Shown one piece after another: positions 1 through 8,800 of a stretch of DNA of 58,426 nt (position 1 is its first letter; each line of letters opens with the position of its first letter). Made by a program: the position numbers and the translations under genes. The stretch spans positions 1 to 58,426 of IMG/VR virus record IMGVR_UViG_3300011114_000309; one strand, given 5' to 3'. The notes beneath the pieces were generated by a model that was not told where the DNA came from, made no database searches, and worked only from the letters and a program-made list of their open reading frames with translations. This DNA comes from a virus (Duplodnaviria > Caudoviricetes).

Positions 1-208
1 TCAAGTAGCTTCTATGTTGCCTAACGAATTAGCTGGAGCTGGTAAAAACGCTGTCACCCAACTTGTAACAACAGGAAAACTCGACCCAACAGTTTTAGCA
101 ACAAGAGTCGGAATGCAAACTGCAACCGATGCGTTAGCCGCTGAAACAGGAATGGATAAAGCTACGGCAAGTCGTCTTGTCAAAGCTGGCGTGACCGCAA
201 TAAGTGGA
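1..208. repeat. Terminal direct repeat (left copy); circularisation overlap
   Basis: 1-208 equals 58219-58426 except position 82 C vs 58300 A (CTC/CTA, both Leu). Confidence 0.97.
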
Positions 209-2326
209 AACGAAATTGGTGCGTTAACACAATTATTTAACGCGGCTGTCACAGGAATAAAACCAGCTACACAAACTGATGCACAAACTACTGCGGCACC
301 AACATTATTAACAGAAACGCAGGCATCAGATCTGCTTAAACTTGGCGGCTTTGATACATCAAAAGATGATCCAGTAGCGCAAGCAATCATAAAAAATCTT
401 TCTGGTACAGAGTACGCGCAAGCATTACCAGTAGGAACACCTACAACAACAATTATTCAAGATGGATTCATTCGTGCGTTGCCGCAGTTAGTACAAGAGG
501 CTGCAAACGATCCAACGATGCAAAGATCGTTGTGGGGAAGGATGATTGATTTTGCAAAAGGTTTGGGAACTGATGCGCTTGCTCGAGTAGGCGCAGCTGC
601 TGCAACACTGTTTTATTCACCTAATTTAAATACAGGTGAACAAGAAGCTTTAGATCGTATTAAACAAGAAGCAGCAAACAACAAAGACTTGGCTAACGAG
701 ATTCAAAGACTTCTTAATCGAGTCCCTGCCCCAACGGCAAATCAAAGTGCAAATGACGTTACGCAACTTGTTATACGTTCAACAAGACTGTTTGACCCAA
801 ACGTCACGCCAGAAACAGAAAAAGAAGTTGTACCCTCTGACGATCCTGATTGGGAAGAATTTAAGCGGCGCATTTTAAAACCTGCGGAACCAGCTACAAC
901 GGCTGCGCCGACCACGCCTACACCTACAACTAAAGCACCAGAAACTAGTGCGGCTCCAACAACAACGGCTGCACCTACTACGCAACCTGCAACAACAAAA
1001 GCTCCTAGCACCACACAAGCACCATCAACAACTCAAAAACCTTTTAACCCGTACGACCCAACGACATGGCCGGATCCGGAAGCCAATCCGGTTTTTAACC
1101 CAGCAGATCCAAAAACTTGGCCCGAAGAAAATACGACTGCTGCGCCAAAGCCATATGATCCAAATAAACCCGTGTTTGATCCAAGAGATCCAACGACATG
1201 GCCCGATCCGGACATAAATCCAGCATTTGATCCAGCCAATCCAAAAACATGGCCGGATACCAATGTTCCACCCAAAACAGTACCAACGACGGGATTACCG
1301 CAGACAACGGTAACGCCTGCCACAACTGCCGTCCCTACTACAAAAGCACCAGTTACTACACAACAGCCAGCAACAACGCAGGCTCCTTCAACGACGTCGC
1401 AACCCGCTACAACGCAGGCACCGGCTACTACAGCGCAGCCAGCCACAACGCAAGCACCTGCTACAACCGGCCAACCTGCAACAACGCAACAACCCGCTAC
1501 AACGCAAGTTCCAGTCACCACAGTAAAACCGTCTGAGCAGCCTACACCATCGACTACTGGAATGCCTTCGACTACCCAGGCACCTGCAACAACACAAGCA
1601 CCAGCAACATCGTTAGCACCAGCTACGTCACAAGCACCTTCTACGTCTTTGGCACCAGCAACATCGTTAGCACCAGCAACATCGTTAGCACCAGCTACGT
1701 CTTTGGCACCGGCTACGACCGTTTCTCCTGTAACGACAGCGTTTCCAGTAACAACTGTAGAACCAGCGACAACAGTAATTACACAAACAACAGTTAAGCC
1801 TGAGATAGGAACAACTGGTGTCCCAACGACAATTCCAGCAACAACTGGTGTTCCAACAACAGTTCCCCCTACAACTGAAGTTCCAACGACGATACCGCCA
1901 ACCACGATAGAACCGACAACTACAGTTAGTCCTACGACAATCGCACCAACTACAGTCGCCCCAACAACAGCGGCACCAAGAGTTACGATTGCGCCTACTA
2001 CAACGCCGTCAACGCCAGGACAAATGGCATGGCCCATGGCACAAGCTATTGCGGCATCATTTGGTATGCCTCAGTTAGCGAATGTCTTTTATTACGGCAA
2101 AGAGTTTGGATCAAAGAAACAGAAGCTAACCAAAGAAGGAACGATTGAAGAAGAAGAATATAAGCCTCTTAGTGTTACTCAAGCTGGTGTAGAACCAGAA
2201 CAAATTGCTGAACAGATTGAAGGCAAAGAGAAAAGAGAGGAAAATTCTGTCGATCAAGTACTTAGGGCAGTTGATGACGACAGCTTATCGTTTGATGACT
2301 TGATACGAATTTTAAGAGGGCAGTGA
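14..2326 (+). CDS. C-terminal 770 aa of a ~1204-aa Thr/Pro/Ala-rich mucin-like putative virion protein (true start 56930)
   Basis: In frame with the ORF starting at 56930 across the repeat; PATTQA/APATSL/PTTV repeats and four (N/D)PxxPxTWP repeats. Confidence 0.85.
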   Translation: MLPNELAGAGKNAVTQLVTTGKLDPTVLATRVGMQTATDALAAETGMDKATASRLVKAGVTAISGNEIGALTQLFNAAVTGIKPATQTDAQTTAAPTLLTETQASDLLKLGGFDTSKDDPVAQAIIKNLSGTEYAQALPVGTPTTTIIQDGFIRALPQLVQEAANDPTMQRSLWGRMIDFAKGLGTDALARVGAAAATLFYSPNLNTGEQEALDRIKQEAANNKDLANEIQRLLNRVPAPTANQSANDVTQLVIRSTRLFDPNVTPETEKEVVPSDDPDWEEFKRRILKPAEPATTAAPTTPTPTTKAPETSAAPTTTAAPTTQPATTKAPSTTQAPSTTQKPFNPYDPTTWPDPEANPVFNPADPKTWPEENTTAAPKPYDPNKPVFDPRDPTTWPDPDINPAFDPANPKTWPDTNVPPKTVPTTGLPQTTVTPATTAVPTTKAPVTTQQPATTQAPSTTSQPATTQAPATTAQPATTQAPATTGQPATTQQPATTQVPVTTVKPSEQPTPSTTGMPSTTQAPATTQAPATSLAPATSQAPSTSLAPATSLAPATSLAPATSLAPATTVSPVTTAFPVTTVEPATTVITQTTVKPEIGTTGVPTTIPATTGVPTTVPPTTEVPTTIPPTTIEPTTTVSPTTIAPTTVAPTTAAPRVTIAPTTTPSTPGQMAWPMAQAIAASFGMPQLANVFYYGKEFGSKKQKLTKEGTIEEEEYKPLSVTQAGVEPEQIAEQIEGKEKREENSVDQVLRAVDDDSLSFDDLIRILRGQ
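1598..1712 (+). repeat. 18-bp-period coding tandem repeats (GCACCAGCAACATCGTTA-like, APATSL)
   Basis: About six imperfect consecutive units visible in DNA and protein. Confidence 0.85.
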
Positions 2327-2327
2327 A

Positions 2328-3191
2328 ATGGACGGCGATAATGTTACATACGACACCAGCATCTATGGCGACAATGATTTAGAAGCTGGCGACCCTTATG
2401 GTGGCGATCCATTTAGTACTTCAACGTCAGATAATTTAAATCTGTCGGATTATTTCAAATCGCTACCAAGTGATGTAACTGGCTCTGGATCTTTAAGTGA
2501 CATCATTAAAGGCATAGGCTCTTTATTTGCTGGAACTTCTAGTCTTGGAAAAGGTGGACAACTTGCCGGTTTGTTAGGTGCTGCCGCACTAGCCAACAAA
2601 ATGTTTGGATCTAGTGGAGGCGGTGGATTTGCTGGATATCAAGGTGGTATTCCATCCTATACCGCTTCGCGTACGATGAACGCGATACCAACAACCATGA
2701 CGGTTCCTAAACAAGGTGGTGGTACGCAAGTAGTCCCACGTCGTCCTGGTTCAGGAGGTATTTCGTACTTTAGTCCTATGACTTACACCTTAAAACCAGC
2801 AACAACTTCTGGCGCTACAACAGTTACCGGAGGGGCAGGTAACGACACTGTATCTGGAGGTAACGATACGGTTCAAGGTGGCGCAAGTGGTGGGATTATG
2901 TCGTTGCGTAACGGTCATCTAGGTTCTTATTCAGACGGTGGTCAACTGCTTCGTGGGCCTGGAGATGGAGTAAGTGATGATATTCCTGCAACTATCGCAG
3001 ATAAACAGCCTGCACGTCTCGCTGATGGTGAATTCGTGATTCCCGCAAGAATTGTTTCTGAACTTGGCAATGGTTCTACCGAAGCAGGGGCAAGGAAACT
3101 TTACGCCATGATGGATAGGATTAAGAAAGCAAGACGCAGTGCTAAAGACATTGCGGCTGATACTAAAACTGATCGTTATTTGCCGAGGTAA
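2328..3191 (+). CDS. Putative internal virion/ejection protein
   Basis: Gly-rich; C-terminal GPGDGVSDDIPA...LADGEFVIPA motif of a type seen in phage tape-measure/ejection proteins; position in late operon. Confidence 0.6.
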   Translation: MDGDNVTYDTSIYGDNDLEAGDPYGGDPFSTSTSDNLNLSDYFKSLPSDVTGSGSLSDIIKGIGSLFAGTSSLGKGGQLAGLLGAAALANKMFGSSGGGGFAGYQGGIPSYTASRTMNAIPTTMTVPKQGGGTQVVPRRPGSGGISYFSPMTYTLKPATTSGATTVTGGAGNDTVSGGNDTVQGGASGGIMSLRNGHLGSYSDGGQLLRGPGDGVSDDIPATIADKQPARLADGEFVIPARIVSELGNGSTEAGARKLYAMMDRIKKARRSAKDIAADTKTDRYLPR

Positions 3192-3193
3192 TT

Positions 3194-4018
3194 ATGGCTA
3201 CTACTACCACACCAGCCGCTGGAACATCTACTCAGTCAACGCTGTCTGAGTGGGCCGGTCCTTATGTAACTGGCATGTTAGGTAAAGCACAAGCTTTATC
3301 TGAACAGCCTTATCAAGTTTATGGTGGTCCAATGACTGCTGGCGAGTCTGCCTTGCAGTCAAAGTACTTTTCAGGATTAGGTGGACTTACGTTTCCTACA
3401 CAGTTAGGACAAAGCTTTTCGTCTTCGACGGCTCCAACGTTACCGACGGCTACCGGACCGGCAGGATCTACCACGCCAACCGGACCAGCGGCGCAGTATA
3501 TGAATCCGTATCTCCAAGCGGTTCTTGCGCCACAGTTAGAGGAGCTTCGCCGTCAGGCTGGAATCGCGCAACAGACACAAGCAGGCAAAGCCGCACAAGC
3601 TGGTGCATTTGGTGGATCTAGATATGGCTTGATGGAAGCAGAAGGTGCAAGAAACCTGATGCAAGAAATGAACAAAACCATCGGCACGGGTTATGCCAAT
3701 GCCTACGATAAAGCCATGCAACAGTTCAATGCTGAACAAGGCCAAGCCAAGACACTGGCCGACATGATGGCAAGTGCTGGCGCGCAACAGCGTGGTATTG
3801 AGCAAGAAGGTATTACAGCGGATTACAACGAGTTCCTTGCACAGAGAGACTATCCGCAAAAACAAGTTCAGTTCTTACAGTCTATGTTGCAGGGATTACC
3901 CATTTCCACAGTATCCACTTCGCAAGCACAGCAATCAGGAATTGGGCAGTTGGCTTCAACCGCTGGCGCATTAGGATCGACCTACGATCTATTGAAGAAA
4001 TTAGGTGTTATTGGTTAA
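3194..4018 (+). CDS. Putative DNA ejection/pilot protein
   Basis: Gln/Ala-rich helical protein with YMNPY and AGAFGGSR motifs typical of podophage internal proteins. Confidence 0.6.
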   Translation: MATTTTPAAGTSTQSTLSEWAGPYVTGMLGKAQALSEQPYQVYGGPMTAGESALQSKYFSGLGGLTFPTQLGQSFSSSTAPTLPTATGPAGSTTPTGPAAQYMNPYLQAVLAPQLEELRRQAGIAQQTQAGKAAQAGAFGGSRYGLMEAEGARNLMQEMNKTIGTGYANAYDKAMQQFNAEQGQAKTLADMMASAGAQQRGIEQEGITADYNEFLAQRDYPQKQVQFLQSMLQGLPISTVSTSQAQQSGIGQLASTAGALGSTYDLLKKLGVIG

Positions 4019-4027
4019 GGAATAGCT

Positions 4028-5842
4028 ATGAACCTTGTTCAAATCCAAGAGCGACTCAAGGACATGCCGCTTCAAGCGGTGATGCAGTATGCCAACGGCA
4101 TGAACCCGGAGGTTCCTCCGTACCTAGCGCTTGGGGAATTGAACCGGCGAAAGAAGATGGAACAGGCCATGCAGCCTGCTGAGATGCCGCAAGGCACAGT
4201 TAAGGAACAACTTGAACAAGAGGTTGGTCTTGCTGCACTGCAAAAACAACTAATGAATCAGTTGCAGACTCAAGGTCTTCGCCAACAACAAGCGGCTATG
4301 AGTCAGGGTCAGCAGATGGCAAACATGCCTGGTCCTGCACCACAGGGTGTACCGCAACCAGAAGTTCCTGAAGAAATGGCAAGCGGCGGTATTACTACGA
4401 TCAACGTACCAGACGATCAGTTTGAGTTTGGATCGGGCGGGATTATTGCGTTTAAAGAGGGTGGGGATAAGGGAAGAAGAATACCCACATCTGAATTAGA
4501 CATAGACCCATTAGGAACGTCAGAAGCTGGAACAGAGGCTTACTTAGCAAAGTTAGCTAAAGAAGCGGAAGAAAAGAAAAAACAAGAAGACGCAGCAAGA
4601 CTTGAGTTCTTGGAAAGAGCTGGCGTTCCTGTGGATATGGTTAAAGCAACCCAAGAAGGACGTGTTTTAACAACCAATCCAATAACACCAGATAGGGGCT
4701 TTCCTGACAATCGTGGATCAGCCCAACGATTCCCACCAGGACCGCCACCTGCTCCTTCGGCGGCTCCTGCTCCTGCACCAGCAAGACAGCCTGTTGCTCA
4801 AGCGGCTGCGCCTCAAGGGATTGCTGCTGTTGCACCGCAACAAGTTGCATACCCACAGGCTGGTCCTATGCAACAAGCGTTAGCAGCTATGGCTACTGGA
4901 CCACAAGCGCCATATCCAAGTTATGAGCAAATGCGTAAAGAAGCAGAAGCTAAAGATGAGTATCTTACGAAACGTCCAGGCGAAAAGCTTGAGCAATATT
5001 TAGCCACGTTGGAACGACGTGACCGAGAAGATCAAGAACGTTTCCAAGAGATGGAGAAAGAACGTACCCGTGGTGCGTTGTGGAAATCATTGATGGCTGC
5101 TGGAGAAGCGTCTCGAGGACAACGAGGAATCGGCGCATTGTTAGGTGGATTTGGCAGAACATCTGAAACCGAGATGGAAGCTGCTCGAGGCCGTGAAGAA
5201 AAGCAACGTGCTTTGATGCGTGAACGTGAAATGAATCGCGTCAAGATGTCGCAAGAAATTGAAAGCGCCAGGATTGCAGCATCAGAAGGTCGGTTCAAAG
5301 ATCAACGTGAACACGAACAAAAAGCCGCGCAGTACAACCAAGAAAACAAAAAGATTGATGTTCAATTGGCTACCACACAAGCGGGTATTGAAGCGGCTCA
5401 ACAAGGTAGGCAGTACGAATCTGCAAGTGCTATGGCGCGAGAGCAACTTCGTATTGAAGCCGAAGCAAGAGAAAGAAAGTTGGATCGGCAATCTCGGGAA
5501 AGCATTGCCAATTTACCTACGGGTGAAGAACGCATGGCAAGTGCTTTCATTAATAACTACATGAAGGAAAATCCCGGAAAGAAATATCACGAAGCATATG
5601 CTGCGTATAAACAATCTGGACAAGGTGGGATACCTGCTGAACGTCAACAGTTGGCAGAACTCAAAGCTTTACAGAGTAGTTTAAAGAGTCAATTAGAAAC
5701 AACCTTTAAAACCGAAGATCGTAAGAAAGTTCAAGAACAACTTAATCAAGTGAATGAGGCTATTGGCCGTATGGCTGGAATTGGTGCGGCGCAAAACCTA
5801 CCTTCAGATATTCAAGATATCCTTAAAAGATATTCTAGATAG
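4028..5842 (+). CDS. Putative internal virion/ejection protein, coiled coil
   Basis: 604 aa, AAGGA RBS, Q/E/R-rich helices, between the other ejection-type genes. Confidence 0.6.
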   Translation: MNLVQIQERLKDMPLQAVMQYANGMNPEVPPYLALGELNRRKKMEQAMQPAEMPQGTVKEQLEQEVGLAALQKQLMNQLQTQGLRQQQAAMSQGQQMANMPGPAPQGVPQPEVPEEMASGGITTINVPDDQFEFGSGGIIAFKEGGDKGRRIPTSELDIDPLGTSEAGTEAYLAKLAKEAEEKKKQEDAARLEFLERAGVPVDMVKATQEGRVLTTNPITPDRGFPDNRGSAQRFPPGPPPAPSAAPAPAPARQPVAQAAAPQGIAAVAPQQVAYPQAGPMQQALAAMATGPQAPYPSYEQMRKEAEAKDEYLTKRPGEKLEQYLATLERRDREDQERFQEMEKERTRGALWKSLMAAGEASRGQRGIGALLGGFGRTSETEMEAARGREEKQRALMREREMNRVKMSQEIESARIAASEGRFKDQREHEQKAAQYNQENKKIDVQLATTQAGIEAAQQGRQYESASAMAREQLRIEAEARERKLDRQSRESIANLPTGEERMASAFINNYMKENPGKKYHEAYAAYKQSGQGGIPAERQQLAELKALQSSLKSQLETTFKTEDRKKVQEQLNQVNEAIGRMAGIGAAQNLPSDIQDILKRYSR

Positions 5843-5850
5843 GAGCCGTC

Positions 5851-8800
5851 ATGGCAAACATGAACGATCTTTATGACGCACTGCGTCGTGCGGATGCGGC
5901 TGGTGATACAGAAAGCGCAAGAAAACTAGCAGAGTACATAAGGTCGTTACAGGCTCCTGCACCACAACCACCGTCTAAACAACGTACCTACGGGGAAGCA
6001 CTTCAAGATATTGGTGCTGGTGTAGTCGGTGGTATTGGGTCGTTAGTTCAACTACCAGGCCAGCTTTATGGTTTGGCTACGGGTGATATGAGTCGTACCG
6101 GCGCATTAGGCGTTGGTAAAGATATTGAGGAATACGCAGAGACACTGAAGTCTGCTGGCCTTAAAGCCAGAGAAGAAGCAAGACGCAAAGCTATTGAAGA
6201 AGCAACCGCTAAAGAAGGACAGTTTGGTGCGTTCAAATCTGCATTCTCTGAGACGGTCAAAGATCCGGCATTACTGCTTACGTTCCTAGCCGAGCAGGCT
6301 CCACAGTTACTTGTTCCTTTTGGCGCAGCAAAGATTGCTAAGGGTGTTACTGCTGCCAAGGGTGCAGAAGCCGCCGCACAGGCTGGCGTACGCGGTGCTA
6401 TAGGTGCTGCTGGTGTACAGCAAGGTGCAGACGTAGGTGCAGGTGCATACGAAAACATTTACGCAGAACTGAAGTCTAAAGGCGCATCAGATAAAGAAGC
6501 GGCTGAAGGCGCATTGAATCTTGCTCGAGCAGCAGGCGCATCTGGTGCGATTATTTCTGTACTGGCTCAACGACTTCCTGGTGCGAAGGCGTTGGAAGAA
6601 ACATTTGCTGGTGTGCCGGGAACAGCAGGCAGGGCTGCTCGTGTATCTCGAGGTGCATTAGGTGAAAGCGCAGGCGAGATAACCGAGGAAGTTGGCGGTC
6701 GTTTCGGCCAGAACCTAGCGATGCGGGAAGTCAAACCAGAACAGTCATTGACTGAAGGTCTGGGTGAGACTGCTGGTATGGCTGCTATTGGTGGTGGCTT
6801 ATTAGGTGGCGTAGCAGGGTTGGCTCGCCGTCCTCAGCCACCAGAAGCGCCAGTAATAGAACCACCTCCACCACCTCCTATTACATCGCCAGAACAACAA
6901 AGAATTGAACAAACAACCGGCGTTGAAAGACCATCCGCTGTAGGTATTGAAGGGCTGTTATCGGCGGAAGAAGCAGAACGTCAGCGTATTGCTATGCTTC
7001 GTGAAAGATCTGACGAAGCAGCAAGACAACAAGCTGAACGTGCAAGAACAGAAGGTGTTATAGGCGAGACTCAATTCCCTGTATCTGTACCGGAAACGCC
7101 AAGGTTTGAACCGGAACCAGTTACTAAAACCCAAGAAGAACTTGCAGCGCAACAAGCAGAAGTAGATCGTCGTCGTCAAGAAGCAGGTCTTCCTACTGCG
7201 GCGCAACAAAGAGCTGGCATCACTGGGGTAGAGAAACCAAAGATTGCTCAGAGTTCGCCCGTACCTAAGCTTGTAGACCCACGTCCGCTTACAGAACAAC
7301 AAGCGAATGCAAGGCTTGGTGTTTTGAGGGATATGTTGTCTATTGAAGGTGGCGATCCTAATAGTCTTGGTATCGTTCCTCATCCTACCGTTCAAGGTAA
7401 GTTTGCAATCAAGTCGTTTGACTTACCATTTAAGTTATCCCCAGAAACCCAAGCCACGGCATTTGGTACGCCAGAGAAACCGGTAGTCATCGATCCGGTG
7501 GAGGCGTATGTCAATATCGCTAGACAGACGAATACGCCTGCGGCCAAACGGTTTGTCAAAGACTGGGAAGCAGGACGTATCCCAAGAGAGGATGTTGAAC
7601 GTGCGTTACAGACAGAACGTCAACTGTTGAGTCTGCCACCGCTAACATTCCTTGGATCACCTGGGGCGAAGATCTCTCAACAACCTATTGCTGGCCCAAC
7701 GCTAGAAGGTGTGAGAGATGTATTTGATCGCCCAATTACTAATGTTGCAAAGCCTCCCCCTAAACCATACGATGTACCTACTCCTAGCGTTCCATTTTCA
7801 TCAACGACTTGGAATGTATCAGCCGGTCAGGTTGAACCAACAAGCAATCTTGAGTTGCCTGCTATCCAATTTTTGAACAACCCGAGTGTAGATCCTGTGG
7901 ATTATTACATTCGCATGTTGACGAACCTGACAAATATAGATCCAGCATCGTTAACAACAAACGAAGAGAAATCGCAATTCCAAAAAATTAAAACATTCCT
8001 TGAAGCATACAGCCAAAACAAAATACCAAGATCATTTATTGAAAACGCATTAAAACGAACAAGTCCAACTGGAACACCGGTAACCCAACAGCCTCCTACA
8101 CAACAGCCTCCTACGACTGGTCAAGAAGCAGAAGTAACAACGCTGGAAGAATTTAAAAAACGTATGCCTGTTCTAAGGCAAAACGCTGAAGTTGAGGCGG
8201 CAAACTTAGCAGGAGATTTGAAAAAACTTGGAGAAGCGTTAGCTAAGAGTTCAAACCCAGCTATTGCACGGGTTGGAGAACTTACTAACTTAATTGTTGG
8301 TAAAGTGACTTTGAAGAAGCCTCGTAAATTAGCGGCTGGCGTTGCGGGTCAATACGCATACGCTGACGATTCTATTCAAATGGATCGCAGTTATGCAGGG
8401 GATGAACATACTAGCGCGCATGAAATTATTCACGGCTTAGTTGCAAAGTCACAAAGATTCCCTGGACCAAAACAAAAGCGTTATGCAAAAGATCTGCAAA
8501 CGTTATATGAACATGTCAGAACAGAACTAAATAAACAAGGCATGGGATGGGGAAGAGGATATAAAACTCAAGTTTACGGTTTGCTTAACGAGCGAGAGTT
8601 TGCATCAGAAGCAATGACGAACCAAGAGTTTCAATTCATGCTAATGAAAATCCCATACAAAGGGAAAAAGTCAGCATGGTCACAGTTTGTTTCCATCGTT
8701 GCTAATCTTTTAGGCATCAAAAATACAAATGCCTTAAGCGAAGCAATGCTGTTAATTGAAAATCTTGCAAAGGCTGGAAGACCCCTGAAGACACCGATTG

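Noticed and set aside
742-2037. Long minus-strand Val/Gly-rich ORFs (742-1014, 1033-2037; similar ones at 47910-49064)
   Set aside because: Antisense shadows of Thr/Pro/Ala codon repeats on the + strand; no RBS and opposite to operon direction.
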